Shown one piece after another: positions 9,798 through 19,257 of a DNA stretch of 53,428 nucleotides. This DNA is from an uncultured Desulfobacteraceae bacterium (GTDB lineage Bacteria; Desulfobacterota; Desulfobacteria; Desulfobacterales; JAABSP01): NCBI GenBank assembly GCA_964431545.1, contig CAYSLC010000009.1, forward strand, positions 1-53,428, written 5' to 3'. The notes beneath the pieces were generated by a model. That model made no database searches. It was not told where the DNA came from and saw only the letters and a program-made list of their open reading frames with translations. The translations under genes were made by a program, and so were the position numbers. Each line of letters starts with the position of its first letter. Positions within the stretch are counted from its first letter, which is position 1.

Positions 9798-11344
9798 GCT
9801 CCGCCTCCCCAGGCCCCGGCGCCGCCCCGGTCCAGGCTCCGATACTGGACGGCTTCGGAGACCTGGGCGACCCCGATCGACGCCTCTCCGTCCAGGTCGG
9901 TGATGGTCCGGCTGATCTTCAGAACCCGGTTGTAGGCCCGGGCCGAAAGCCCCAGCTTGTCCACGGCCGTCTCCAGGAGACGGCTCGACTCGGCATCCAC
10001 CTCGCAGTGCCGCTTGATGTGCCGGCTGGCCATCTGGGCGTTGCAGTGGATCTTGGACCGGGTGAACCGTCGGGCCTGGACCCGCCGGGCGGTCACCACC
10101 CGGCGCCGGATCTCCGAGGAGGCTTCCGCCGGCTTCTCCCCCACCAGGTCCCGATAGGGGACCGTCGGCACCTCCACGTGGATGTCGATGCGATCCATGA
10201 GGGGACCGGAGATCCTGGACCGGTACCGGCCCACCTGGACCCGGCTGCAGGTGCAGTCGTGGTGGGGATCCGAAAAGTAGCCGCATGGGCAGGGGTTCAT
10301 GGCGGCGATGAGCATCACGCTGGCGGGGTAGGTGATGGTGGAGGTGGCCCTGGAGATGGTCACCCGCATGTCCTCCAGCGGCTGCCGGAGGACCTCCAGC
10401 ACGTGCTTCTTGAACTCCGGCAGCTCGTCGAGGAAGAGAACCCCGTTGTGGGCCAGGCTCACCTCCCCCGGCCTGGGGAGATGGCCGCCGCCGATCAGCC
10501 CGGCGTCGGAGATGGTGTGGTGGGGGGAGCGGAACGGCCGGACCGTGACCAAGGCCTGATCCCGGTCGAGCAGCCCCACCACGCTGAAGATCTTGGTGGT
10601 CTCGATGGCCTCCTCGAAGGAGAGCGGCGGCAGGATCGAGGGGATCCGCTTGGCCAGCATGGTCTTTCCGGAGCCCGGAGGCCCCACCATGACGAGGTTG
10701 TGGCCGCCGGCCGCGGCGATCTCCAGGGCCCGTTTCACGTGTTCCTGGCCCATCACCTCGGAGAAGTCGGGGCCCCCCTCGCCGTCTCTGTCGAAGATGG
10801 CGACCAGATCGGTCCGTTCCGGTTCGATCTCGGTGAACCCACGAAAAAATTCCATGGCCTGGGAGAGCGTCCGGACCGGAAGGACCCGGATCCCCTCCAC
10901 CACGCTGGCTTCGGAGCTGTTCTCGGCCGGGACCAGGATCCCTTCGTATCCCGCCTCCCTGGCCGCGATGGCCATGGGCAGGGACCCCCTCACCGGCTTC
11001 ACCCGCCCGTCCAGGGAAAGTTCCCCCAGAACCAGATGATCGGCCAAAGCCTCCTTGGGGGCCAGCCCGGTGGCCGCCAGGATCCCCAGGGCCATGGGCA
11101 GGTCGAACCCCGTCCCCTCCTTTTTGATGTCGGCGGGGGCCAGATTGACGGTGATCCGATCGTCGGGAAAGGGGTATCCGGCGTTGTTGACCGCCGCCTT
11201 GACCCGCTCCTTGCTCTCCTTCACCGCCGCTTCGGGCAGGCCGACGATGGTGAACAGGGGGAGCCCCGGGGAGATGTCCACCTCCACTTCCACCAGGTAG
11301 GCATCGATGCCGATCACGGCGCTGCTCAGGACTTTCGCCAGCAA
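9794..11344 (-). CDS. YifB/ComM family Mg-chelatase-like AAA+ ATPase
   Basis: 516 aa with an N-terminal Lon-like substrate-binding region, Walker A ([12 protein letters not shown]), ChlI-type motifs ([12 protein letters not shown]) and a C-terminal Mg-chelatase helical domain. Its stop overlaps the start of the TPR-RlpA gene. Confidence 0.9.
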   Translation of the reverse strand: MLAKVLSSAVIGIDAYLVEVEVDISPGLPLFTIVGLPEAAVKESKERVKAAVNNAGYPFPDDRITVNLAPADIKKEGTGFDLPMALGILAATGLAPKEALADHLVLGELSLDGRVKPVRGSLPMAIAAREAGYEGILVPAENSSEASVVEGIRVLPVRTLSQAMEFFRGFTEIEPERTDLVAIFDRDGEGGPDFSEVMGQEHVKRALEIAAAGGHNLVMVGPPGSGKTMLAKRIPSILPPLSFEEAIETTKIFSVVGLLDRDQALVTVRPFRSPHHTISDAGLIGGGHLPRPGEVSLAHNGVLFLDELPEFKKHVLEVLRQPLEDMRVTISRATSTITYPASVMLIAAMNPCPCGYFSDPHHDCTCSRVQVGRYRSRISGPLMDRIDIHVEVPTVPYRDLVGEKPAEASSEIRRRVVTARRVQARRFTRSKIHCNAQMASRHIKRHCEVDAESSRLLETAVDKLGLSARAYNRVLKISRTITDLDGEASIGVAQVSEAVQYRSLDRGGAGAWGGGA

Positions 11345-11706
11345 AAAAACCTCTCCCGGATTATGGACCGATCCCTGATCCCAAAACCTCTCCCGCCTGC
11401 TTCCGATGGTATTTCACAGAGCCGCCATATGAAGAAAGACGTGTCGCATAAAAAAGATTCCCTGGTGCTCGACCGCCCGTCGAGTCTTCGGTTTATACCC
11501 GATGCTCCGCGCCATTACAATCTTTTTATCTCCTGCAATCCGTACACAAGAGAGTGGCCGTCCGCTGTTCCCGTGGATGGGATCCCTCAGAATGGCATTG
11601 ACTTTATGGGTAAACGCGTTAGATAAATGCAATCGTTGACAACGACGTACCGCGATCCGGGGCCTTGCTCAGGAGACGCCGGACACCGACAAGATTCAGT
11701 TGGATG

Positions 11707-11736
11707 TTGCATAAATACAACAAAATGATCTATACT
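11707..11736 (+). promoter_or_regulatory. candidate sigma-70 promoter for lpxC (TTGCAT-N18-TATACT)
   Basis: -35 ttgcat at 11707-11712, 18-nt spacer, -10 tatact at 11731-11736, about 90 nt upstream of the lpxC ATG in an AT-rich patch of the divergent intergenic region. Confidence 0.3.
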
Positions 11737-11827
11737 TCAGGAAGAAAAGGATCAGCGCGGCCCCGGAGGCCGGGGCGTGTGGAAGCGGAATTTGAGGAAA
11801 CCTAACCAACGATGGGATTTTTCAACC

Positions 11828-12739
11828 ATGCTCTTTGATTTGCAGCAACGGACCCTGGCCGCGCCGGTATCCTGCCGGGGACGGGGGGTCCATTCCGGAA
11901 AACCGGTCCATCTCACCATCCGCCCCGCCCCCGTCAACCACGGCATCAAGTTCATCCGGACCGATCTTCCGGACTCTCCGGAGATCCCGGCACACTTCAA
12001 CGCGGTCGTGGATACGAGCCTCGCCACCGTGATCGGCCGCGACGGCTGCATCGTCTCCACCATAGAGCATCTGATGGCCACCTTTTCGGGATTGTCCATC
12101 GACAACGCCCTGGTGGAACTGGACGCCTATGAGGTCCCCATCATGGACGGCAGCGCCGGGCCCTTCACCGAGCTGATCCTCGCGGCCGGCATCCAAAGGC
12201 AGCCGGGCCCCCGCTGCTACTTCGTGGTCAAATCGCCCATCGAATACGGGGAGGGGGACCGGTCCGTGGCCGTCTACCCCGGCACCTCCTTCCAAATCAC
12301 CTGCGCCATCGACTTCGATCACCCCCTGGTGGGCCGGCAGACCTACACTGCGGACCTCTCCAACGGGGTCTTCGAAAAGGAGATCTGCCGGGCGCGGACC
12401 TTCGGATTCCTCCACGAGGTGGAATACCTGAAGCGGTTCGGGTTCGCCCGGGGAGGCTCCCTGGACAACGTGGTGGTGCTGGACCAGCGGACGGTGGTCA
12501 ACGAAGACGGGCTGCGGTATCGGGACGAGTTCGTCCGGCACAAGGTCCTCGACTGCATCGGGGACTTCTCCCTGCTGGGGATGCCGATCCTGGGGCACGT
12601 GGTGGCCCACCGCTCCGGACACGCCTTCAATCACGCATTCCTGGAGGCGTTTTTCTCCAACCGATCGGCCTGGGAGACCCTCACCCTACACGACACGAGC
12701 CACCTGTCCACCGGCCGGACGGAGGCGATGGCCATCTAA
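11828..12739 (+). CDS. lpxC: UDP-3-O-acyl-N-acetylglucosamine deacetylase LpxC
   Basis: ATG at 11828 (MLFDLQQRTLA...) inside track ORF 11777..12739. Conserved LpxC blocks TLAAPVSCRGRGVHSG, IMDGSAGPF, HEVEYLKRFGFARGGSLDN and HRSGHAFNHAF. Confidence 0.9.
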   Translation: MLFDLQQRTLAAPVSCRGRGVHSGKPVHLTIRPAPVNHGIKFIRTDLPDSPEIPAHFNAVVDTSLATVIGRDGCIVSTIEHLMATFSGLSIDNALVELDAYEVPIMDGSAGPFTELILAAGIQRQPGPRCYFVVKSPIEYGEGDRSVAVYPGTSFQITCAIDFDHPLVGRQTYTADLSNGVFEKEICRARTFGFLHEVEYLKRFGFARGGSLDNVVVLDQRTVVNEDGLRYRDEFVRHKVLDCIGDFSLLGMPILGHVVAHRSGHAFNHAFLEAFFSNRSAWETLTLHDTSHLSTGRTEAMAI

Positions 12740-12810
12740 CCGCACGCCATCCACAATCGAAGGATGGGCGCCGGGGACGACCTTTTGGGGGAAAGGAGAC
12801 GGGATCCGCG

Positions 12811-13392
12811 ATGACCGGGAAGAGCAAGGTTCTGCGACATCCCGGCGTGGTTCTGTCGGCCGTTCTGGCCGTTCTCATGGCAACGGCCTCCGCCCATGCC
12901 CAGGAGGCCCGTCTGAGTGAACTGCGGGTCAGCAACCGGAACAATGATTTCGTCCTCTACCTCAAAGTGGAGGGGGCCTTCACCGAGGAGATCAAGGAGG
13001 CGGTGCTGAGCGGCGTCTCCACCAGCTTCACCTTCTTCGTCATATTGAGCCGGGTCCGTTCCTACTGGTTCGACAAAAAGATCGCGGATATCACCATCAC
13101 CCACACCCTCAAATATAACAACATGAAGAAGGAATTCCTGATCCGGCGTTCCTGGGAGGGGGACCGGACCGTGGTGGTCAAAACCTTCTCGGAGGCCCGC
13201 CGGCTGATGACGGAGATCGACAACATGAGCATCATTTCCCTCAGCATGTTGAAAAAGGGGGAACAGTACCGGCTGATGACCAAGGCGGAACTCGGCAGGA
13301 TCACCCTGCCCCTTTACCTCCATTATGTCCTCTTTTTCGTCTCCCTCTGGGACTTTGAAACCGACTGGTACACCATCGATTTCATCTATTGA
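12811..13392 (+). CDS. DUF4390 domain-containing periplasmic protein (NtrY-associated)
   Basis: 193 aa with signal peptide (AVLAVLMATASAHA). Recalled DUF4390 pattern (FVLYLKVEGAF...KKIADITITHTLKYN). Sits immediately upstream of ntrY, as is typical for this family. Confidence 0.55.
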   Translation: MTGKSKVLRHPGVVLSAVLAVLMATASAHAQEARLSELRVSNRNNDFVLYLKVEGAFTEEIKEAVLSGVSTSFTFFVILSRVRSYWFDKKIADITITHTLKYNNMKKEFLIRRSWEGDRTVVVKTFSEARRLMTEIDNMSIISLSMLKKGEQYRLMTKAELGRITLPLYLHYVLFFVSLWDFETDWYTIDFIY

Positions 13393-13430
13393 TCCCCGAA
13401 CGCCGCCCACCGGACCCCGTACCGCCGCCC

Positions 13431-15686
13431 ATGAGAGCCAACCGCTTCGCCAACAAGCTCTCCCCCCACGGCCCGGCCATGGATCGAAAACGCCGCCGGC
13501 GGGAGATCCTTTTGATCCTCGTCATTCTCGGGCTGGTGGCCCTGCTCACCACCCTGGAGGTCCGGGTCATCCGGTTCGGCTCCGAGTTTCCCATCTCCAA
13601 CACCATCCTGATGTTCATCCTGATCAACATCAACCTGTTGCTGTTGATCCTCCTCATCTTCCTGGTCTTCCGGAACCTGGTGAAGCTTCTCTACGACCGG
13701 CGCCGAAGGATCATGGGGGCCGGGCTCCGGACCCGGCTGGTGGTGGCCTTCGTCTCCATCACGCTGATGCCGACGGTGGTGCTCTTCTTCTTTTCGATCC
13801 ACTTCATCACCAGCAGCATCGAGTTCTGGTTCAATGTTCCGGTGGAACAGGCCTTGGAGAATTCCCTCTCCGTGGGGGGAAGGCTCTACCAGTACTTCGA
13901 GGACCATAACCGGTTCTTTCTGAAACGGATCGCCTACCAGGTCCGGACCCGGAACCTTCTGGATCCGTCGAAGCGGGAGGAACTCGACCACTATGTGGAT
14001 GTGGCGCAGCGCGCGTTCAACCTGGAAGCGGTGGAGGTCTACGATACCCGGAGGGTGAGCGATCGGAAATCGAACCGCCTCTCGTCGGCGTTCAAGGACC
14101 TGTTCGGAGAGCACGGGCTCCGGGGGGTCTCCCCCCACGATCTCCGGGGAGAGCTGAACGCATCCGGGGTCCGCTCCTTTTCGGATCCGATCCCCATCGG
14201 GGAACTCGCACGGACCATCTCACGGATCCCCTACGGCGCCGCTCTCGAGGAGACCCGCGGGTTCGTGGTCCTCTCCTTTCTGATCCCCACCGCGCTTTCG
14301 GAGGATTTGGCCTCCATCTCCCGGGGATATGAGGAGTACCAGCAGATCAAGCTCCTCAAGGAGCCCATCCAGCTCACGTACTACATCACCATCTCCATCG
14401 TGGCCCTTCTGGTGCTCTTCTGCGCCGTCTGGTTCGGTTTCCATCTGGCCAAGACCATCAGCATCCCCATCAAGGACCTGGCCGACGGCACCCGGCGGGT
14501 GGCCGAAGGGGATCTCCAGTTCACCATCGCGCGGGGAGGCGACGACGAGATCGGCAGTCTGGTCGATTCCTTCAACAAGATGACCCGGGACCTGCGCACC
14601 AGCCGGGAGCAGCTGGAACTCTCGGCCCAGATGCTCCGGGAGCAGAACGTGGAGATCGAGGAGCGGCGCCGGTATATGGAGATCGTGTTGGAACACATCT
14701 CCACCGGGGTGATCACCCTCGACGCCCGCGGGGCGGTGGTCACGGTGAACAAGTCGGCGGAGCGGATGCTCAACCTCCCGGAGGAGCAACTTCTGGGCCG
14801 AAGCTACGAGGCCCTGCTGGGGGGGCAGCACGGGGATTTGGCCCGGCAGGTCCGGGAGGACCTCTCCCGCTCCCGGGAAGGGGCAGTGGAGTTCCCCCTC
14901 CGCCTGACCATCGGCGGAGCCCCCCGGATCTTTCGGATCCATGTCAATGCCCTCAGGGATGAATCCGGACGGCACATGGGGATCGTCATGGTCTTCGACG
15001 ACCTCACCGAACTGGAGAAGGCTCAGCGGATGGCGGCCTGGCGGGAGGTGGCCCGGCGGGTCGCCCATGAGGTCAAAAACCCCCTGACCCCCATCAAGCT
15101 GTCGGCCCAGCGGCTCAGCCGAAAGTATGCCGAACGGCTCAACGAGCCGGTCTTCGAGGAATGCACCCGGATGATCATCGATCACGTGGACCTGATCCGG
15201 AACCTGGTCAACGAGTTTTCCGCCTTTGCCCGGTTCCCGACCCCGGACCCCGGGCCGTGTGAACTGGCCGACCTGGTGGAGGAGACGGTGGCCCTCTACC
15301 GGGAGGGGCATCCCACCATCACCTTCCGCGTGGAGGCCCCGGAATCCCTGCCGACCCTTCACCTCGATCGTCAGCAGATCAAGCAGGCCCTGATCAATCT
15401 GGTCAACAACGCCGTGGGCGCCGTCAGGACCGGCGGGACCGTGGCCATCCGTCTCCGGGCCGAGCCCGAGGAAGGGGTCGTCCGGCTCGAGGTGGCCGAC
15501 GACGGACCGGGGATCGGAGACGAGGACAAGGCCCGCCTCTTCGAACCCTACTTCTCAACCAAAAAAAGCGGCATGGGTCTGGGGCTGACCATTGTCAGCT
15601 CCATCGTGGCGGACCATCATGGAAAGATCCGGGTCCGGGACAATACGCCCCACGGGGCCATGTTCATCATCGAACTGCCCGTCTGA
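13431..15686 (+). CDS. ntrY: nitrogen-regulation sensor histidine kinase NtrY (TM-HAMP-PAS-HisKA-HATPase)
   Basis: ATG at 13431 (MRANRFANKL) inside track ORF 13389..15686. Multiple TM helices, HAMP (KDLADGTRRVAEGDL), PAS, H-box (VAHEVKNPLTPIKLSAQRL) and G-boxes (DDGPGIG, GMGLGLTIV). Confidence 0.8.
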   Translation: MRANRFANKLSPHGPAMDRKRRRREILLILVILGLVALLTTLEVRVIRFGSEFPISNTILMFILININLLLLILLIFLVFRNLVKLLYDRRRRIMGAGLRTRLVVAFVSITLMPTVVLFFFSIHFITSSIEFWFNVPVEQALENSLSVGGRLYQYFEDHNRFFLKRIAYQVRTRNLLDPSKREELDHYVDVAQRAFNLEAVEVYDTRRVSDRKSNRLSSAFKDLFGEHGLRGVSPHDLRGELNASGVRSFSDPIPIGELARTISRIPYGAALEETRGFVVLSFLIPTALSEDLASISRGYEEYQQIKLLKEPIQLTYYITISIVALLVLFCAVWFGFHLAKTISIPIKDLADGTRRVAEGDLQFTIARGGDDEIGSLVDSFNKMTRDLRTSREQLELSAQMLREQNVEIEERRRYMEIVLEHISTGVITLDARGAVVTVNKSAERMLNLPEEQLLGRSYEALLGGQHGDLARQVREDLSRSREGAVEFPLRLTIGGAPRIFRIHVNALRDESGRHMGIVMVFDDLTELEKAQRMAAWREVARRVAHEVKNPLTPIKLSAQRLSRKYAERLNEPVFEECTRMIIDHVDLIRNLVNEFSAFARFPTPDPGPCELADLVEETVALYREGHPTITFRVEAPESLPTLHLDRQQIKQALINLVNNAVGAVRTGGTVAIRLRAEPEEGVVRLEVADDGPGIGDEDKARLFEPYFSTKKSGMGLGLTIVSSIVADHHGKIRVRDNTPHGAMFIIELPV

Positions 15687-15743
15687 CGGAAGGCGGATCT
15701 CTTTTTTCGACAGCGACCACGGAAAACAGCCGAAGGAGTTGCC

Positions 15744-17108
15744 ATGTTCCCCACCATTCTGATCGTCGACGACGAACCCTCCATCCTCCAATCCCTCAGC
15801 GGCCTGCTGTCGGACGAGGGGTTCGAGGTCATCACCGCCTCCAACGGGTACGAAGCCCTGAAGACCATCGACCGTGAATCCCCGGATCTGGTGCTGCTGG
15901 ACATCTGGATGCCGGGCATCGACGGCATCGAGACGCTCAAACAGATCAAGCAGGAGCATCCCTTCATCCAGGTCATCATCATCACCGGCCACGGAACCAT
16001 CGAGACCGCCGTGAAGGCCACCAAGCTGGGGGCGTTCGACCTCATCGAAAAGCCGCTTTCCATCGACAAGGTCATCGTGACCATCAACAACGCCCTCAAC
16101 TTCCGCCGGCTGGAGGAGGAGAACCGCTACCTGCGGAAAAAGACCATCGAGAAGAACGCGATCAGCGGCCACAGCCCCCCCATCATCGCCCTGAAAAAGG
16201 CGATCGCCGGGGCCGCTCCCACCGACACCTGGATCCTCATCACCGGGGAGAACGGCACGGGCAAGGAGCTGGTGGCCCGGACCATCCACCAGATGAGCCT
16301 CCGGGCCGAAATGCCGCTCATCGACGTCAACTGCGCCGCCATCGCCGACGGGATGATCGACAGTGAACTCTTCGGCCGCGAGAAGGGGGCCCTGCCCGAA
16401 AGCCCCGGCCGCCGGCGGGGAAAATTCGAGCTGGCGGACAAGGGGACCCTCTTTCTGGACGAGATCGCCGACATGAGCCTGGCCACCCAGGCCAAGATCC
16501 TTCGGGTCCTGCAGGAACAGCGGTTCCAGCGGGTCGGGGGGGACCGGGTCCTCCGGGTGGACGTACGGGTCATCGCCGCCACCAACCGGGAGATGACCAC
16601 GGAGATCGAACAGGGGCGGTTCCGGGAGGACCTCTACCACAGGCTCAATGTCTTCCCGGTCCGGGTGCCGCCCCTGCGGGAACGCAAGGAGGACATTCCG
16701 TCCTTGGTGGAGACCTTCATCCGGGAGTTCGCCCGGAAGAACCGGTGCGCCCCCAAGGGGATCTCGCCGGAGGCCCTCGCCAGGCTCCAGACCCACTCCT
16801 GGCCCGGGAACGTGCGGGAGCTGAAGAACCTCATCGAGCGGCTGATGATCCTTTCCGACGGCGAGGCCATCGAGGCCTCCGATCTGCCCCACCCGTTCCA
16901 TCCCGCCGTGCATCCCGAGGCCGATCCCGTCGACGTCCGCCTCTTCGATCAGGATCGTCTCAAGGACGCCCGCAGGCTGTTCGAAAAGGAGTTCATCCAT
17001 CGGAAGCTTCTGGAAAACGGGAACAACATCGCCCGGACGGCCGAGGCCATCGGGGTCGAGCGCAGCTACCTCTACCGGAAGCTGAAGGCCGTCGGGGAGG
17101 AGGGGTGA
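15744..17108 (+). CDS. ntrX: sigma-54-dependent response regulator NtrX (REC + AAA+ sigma-54 activator + HTH)
   Basis: REC domain (ILIVDDEPSI...DLVLLDIWMPGIDG), Walker A GENGTGKE, GAFDL-like sigma-54 contact region, ESELFGREKGA and a C-terminal Fis-type HTH. Confidence 0.8.
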   Translation: MFPTILIVDDEPSILQSLSGLLSDEGFEVITASNGYEALKTIDRESPDLVLLDIWMPGIDGIETLKQIKQEHPFIQVIIITGHGTIETAVKATKLGAFDLIEKPLSIDKVIVTINNALNFRRLEEENRYLRKKTIEKNAISGHSPPIIALKKAIAGAAPTDTWILITGENGTGKELVARTIHQMSLRAEMPLIDVNCAAIADGMIDSELFGREKGALPESPGRRRGKFELADKGTLFLDEIADMSLATQAKILRVLQEQRFQRVGGDRVLRVDVRVIAATNREMTTEIEQGRFREDLYHRLNVFPVRVPPLRERKEDIPSLVETFIREFARKNRCAPKGISPEALARLQTHSWPGNVRELKNLIERLMILSDGEAIEASDLPHPFHPAVHPEADPVDVRLFDQDRLKDARRLFEKEFIHRKLLENGNNIARTAEAIGVERSYLYRKLKAVGEEG

Positions 17109-17148
17109 TGGGGGGCCCGACCGGATCATCCGCCGGACCGGCGCTCCC

Positions 17149-17724
17149 ATGAGGATCATCGGGGGCCGGCTCGGGGGCCGCCGGCTCTTTTCGGTCAAGG
17201 GGACCGATACCCGCCCCACTTCAGATCCCCTCCGGGAGGCCGTCTTCAACATCCTTTCCGGGCTCGTCGAGGGTGCCGTGGTCCTCGATCTCTTCGCCGG
17301 CACGGGGGCCCTGGGCCTCGAAGCCCTGAGCCGGGGGGCCGATTCAGCCGTCTTTGTCGACCATGACCGCCGCGCGGCGGCGGTGATCCGCCGCAACCTG
17401 GAGGCCTGCGGCCTGACCGGGCGGTCCCGGGTCATCCGATGGGATGCGGCCCAAAGCCTCCGGCCGCTGGCATCCCAACCCGTCCCCTTCTCCCTGATCT
17501 TCATGGACCCTCCCTACGGCGGAGGGCTCGCGGCGCCGGCGCTGACCCACCTCCACCACGTGGGCAGGGTCGCCGACGGCGCCGTGGTGGTGGTGGAGCA
17601 CACCGCCGGGGAACCGATGGACGCCCCCCCCGTCTTTGTCGCCAAGGACCGCCGCCGGTACGGAAAAACCTTTGTTACCTTCTTCAGGTATGGTATGGAG
17701 GGGGGGCGCACAGAAAGGGGTTGA
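17149..17724 (+). CDS. rsmD: 16S rRNA (guanine966-N2)-methyltransferase RsmD
   Basis: 191 aa. SAM-binding VLDLFAGTGALGLEA and catalytic DPPY motif (IFMDPPYGGG). Confidence 0.85.
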   Translation: MRIIGGRLGGRRLFSVKGTDTRPTSDPLREAVFNILSGLVEGAVVLDLFAGTGALGLEALSRGADSAVFVDHDRRAAAVIRRNLEACGLTGRSRVIRWDAAQSLRPLASQPVPFSLIFMDPPYGGGLAAPALTHLHHVGRVADGAVVVVEHTAGEPMDAPPVFVAKDRRRYGKTFVTFFRYGMEGGRTERG

Positions 17725-17732
17725 TCTCAGCT

Positions 17733-18230
17733 ATGGAGAAAGTCGCCATCTATCCGGGTTCCTTCGATCCGGTCACCTTCGGCCACCTGGACATCATCGA
17801 ACGGGGGCTGAAGATTTTCGACCGGATCATCGTCACCATCCTGAACAACCCCACCAAACGGTATCTCTTCGACGTGGAAGAGCGCATGGAGATGCTCCAG
17901 GCGAGCCTCATGGACTTTCCGGACGTGGAGGTGGCCAAGTACGACGGCCTGCTGGTGGATTATGCGGCGCTGCGGAAGGTCCAGGCCATCCTCCGGGGCA
18001 TGCGGGCGGTCTCCGACTTCGAGTACGAGTTCCAGATGGCCCTCATGAACCGGAAGATGGACCGGGAGATCCAGACCGTCTTCCTCATGACCAGCCTCCG
18101 GTGGATCTACACCAGCTCCTCCATCATCAAGGAGGCGGCCCGCTTCGGCGGCGACGTGGCGGATATGGTACCGGATCGGGTCAACCGGAAGCTGATGGAC
18201 AAGTTCGGCCACACCGCGACCCCTCCCTGA
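17733..18230 (+). CDS. coaD: phosphopantetheine adenylyltransferase CoaD
   Basis: ATG at 17733 (MEKVAIYPGSFDPVTFGHLDII...) inside track ORF 17439..18230; canonical PPAT HxGH-type motif. Conserved rsmD-coaD pairing. Confidence 0.9.
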   Translation: MEKVAIYPGSFDPVTFGHLDIIERGLKIFDRIIVTILNNPTKRYLFDVEERMEMLQASLMDFPDVEVAKYDGLLVDYAALRKVQAILRGMRAVSDFEYEFQMALMNRKMDREIQTVFLMTSLRWIYTSSSIIKEAARFGGDVADMVPDRVNRKLMDKFGHTATPP

Positions 18231-18231
18231 C

Positions 18232-19158
18232 ATGGATCTCTGGCAGCTCCACGTATTCTGCAAGGTGGTGGAGTATAAAAGCTTCTCCAGCGCCGGCCGG
18301 GCCGTCCACCTCTCCCAGCCCACGGTGAGCAGCCATATCAAGGACCTGGAGAACCACTTCCACTGCCGCCTCATCGACCGCCTCTCCAAGGAGGCGGTCC
18401 CCACCCGGGCGGGGGAGCTGCTCTACGACTACGCCGTCCGCCTGATCGCCCTCAGGGACGAGGCCGAAGCGGCCATCTCCGAGTTCCACGGCACCATCAA
18501 AGGGCGCCTCCTCATCGGCGGCAGCACCATCCCCGGCGTCTACCTCCTGCCCCCCATCATCGCCGCGTTCATGGAAGAGAACCCCGAAGTCACCCTTTCC
18601 CTGCGGATCGGGGACACGGAGGCGGTGGTGGCGGAGGTGGTCTCCGGCGCCCTGGAGGTGGCGATCGTCGGCGCGGCCAGCCCCCTGGGGCCCATCTCCC
18701 AGGAGAAGATCGCCGAGGACGAGATGTGCCTGGTGGTCCCCACCGGCCACCGTTGGGCCGCCGAGGTTCCGCCGGTCCGGATCGAGGATCTGCCGACCGA
18801 GCCCTTCATCCTGCGGGAGGACGGCTCCGGCACCCGGAAATCCTTCGAAGAGCGACTGGCCCAATCGGGCCGCGGTCTGGACGACCTCAACGTCGTGGCG
18901 GAGATGGGCAGCACCCAGGCGGTGATCCAGGGGATCCGCAACAACCTGGGGGTGTCGATCCTCTCCCGGGTAGCGGTTTCGGAGGCCGCGTCCGCCGGCG
19001 ACCTGGCGATCCTCCCCGTCCAAGGGCTCGACCTGAAACGGAGCTTCTATCTCACCCGCCACCGGCACCGGACCCCGTCGCCCCTCTGCCGGGCCTTCCT
19101 GGAATTCCTCAAAGGCAAAACTCCCACCGGAGGCCCCGCCGCCGAACCCGCCACATGA
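18232..19158 (+). CDS. LysR family transcriptional regulator
   Basis: N-terminal wHTH (SFSSAGRAVHLSQPTVSSHIKDLE) followed by a LysR substrate-binding domain. The ATG begins 1 nt after the coaD stop (tgaCatg). Confidence 0.85.
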   Translation: MDLWQLHVFCKVVEYKSFSSAGRAVHLSQPTVSSHIKDLENHFHCRLIDRLSKEAVPTRAGELLYDYAVRLIALRDEAEAAISEFHGTIKGRLLIGGSTIPGVYLLPPIIAAFMEENPEVTLSLRIGDTEAVVAEVVSGALEVAIVGAASPLGPISQEKIAEDEMCLVVPTGHRWAAEVPPVRIEDLPTEPFILREDGSGTRKSFEERLAQSGRGLDDLNVVAEMGSTQAVIQGIRNNLGVSILSRVAVSEAASAGDLAILPVQGLDLKRSFYLTRHRHRTPSPLCRAFLEFLKGKTPTGGPAAEPAT

Positions 19159-19257
19159 GCCCTCGTCTGTCCATAAACGCGCCCGGATCGTTCCCGAACG
19201 CCGTTTCCTGAAGAGGGAGTCGGTCCCGCGGTTGCTCCAAATGCGGATGGGCCGGCC

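Noticed and set aside
7554-11626. Plus-strand ORFs 7554..9935 (793 aa) and 10007..11626 (539 aa) antisense to the TPR-RlpA and ComM-like genes
   Set aside because: Low-complexity translations opposite strongly supported genes (TPR repeats, Walker A/ChlI motifs).
11414-11632. 72-aa ORF on the minus strand inside the lpxC/ComM divergent intergenic region
   Set aside because: No SD, no similarity to anything I recognise, and it overlaps predicted promoter elements. More likely non-coding regulatory DNA.
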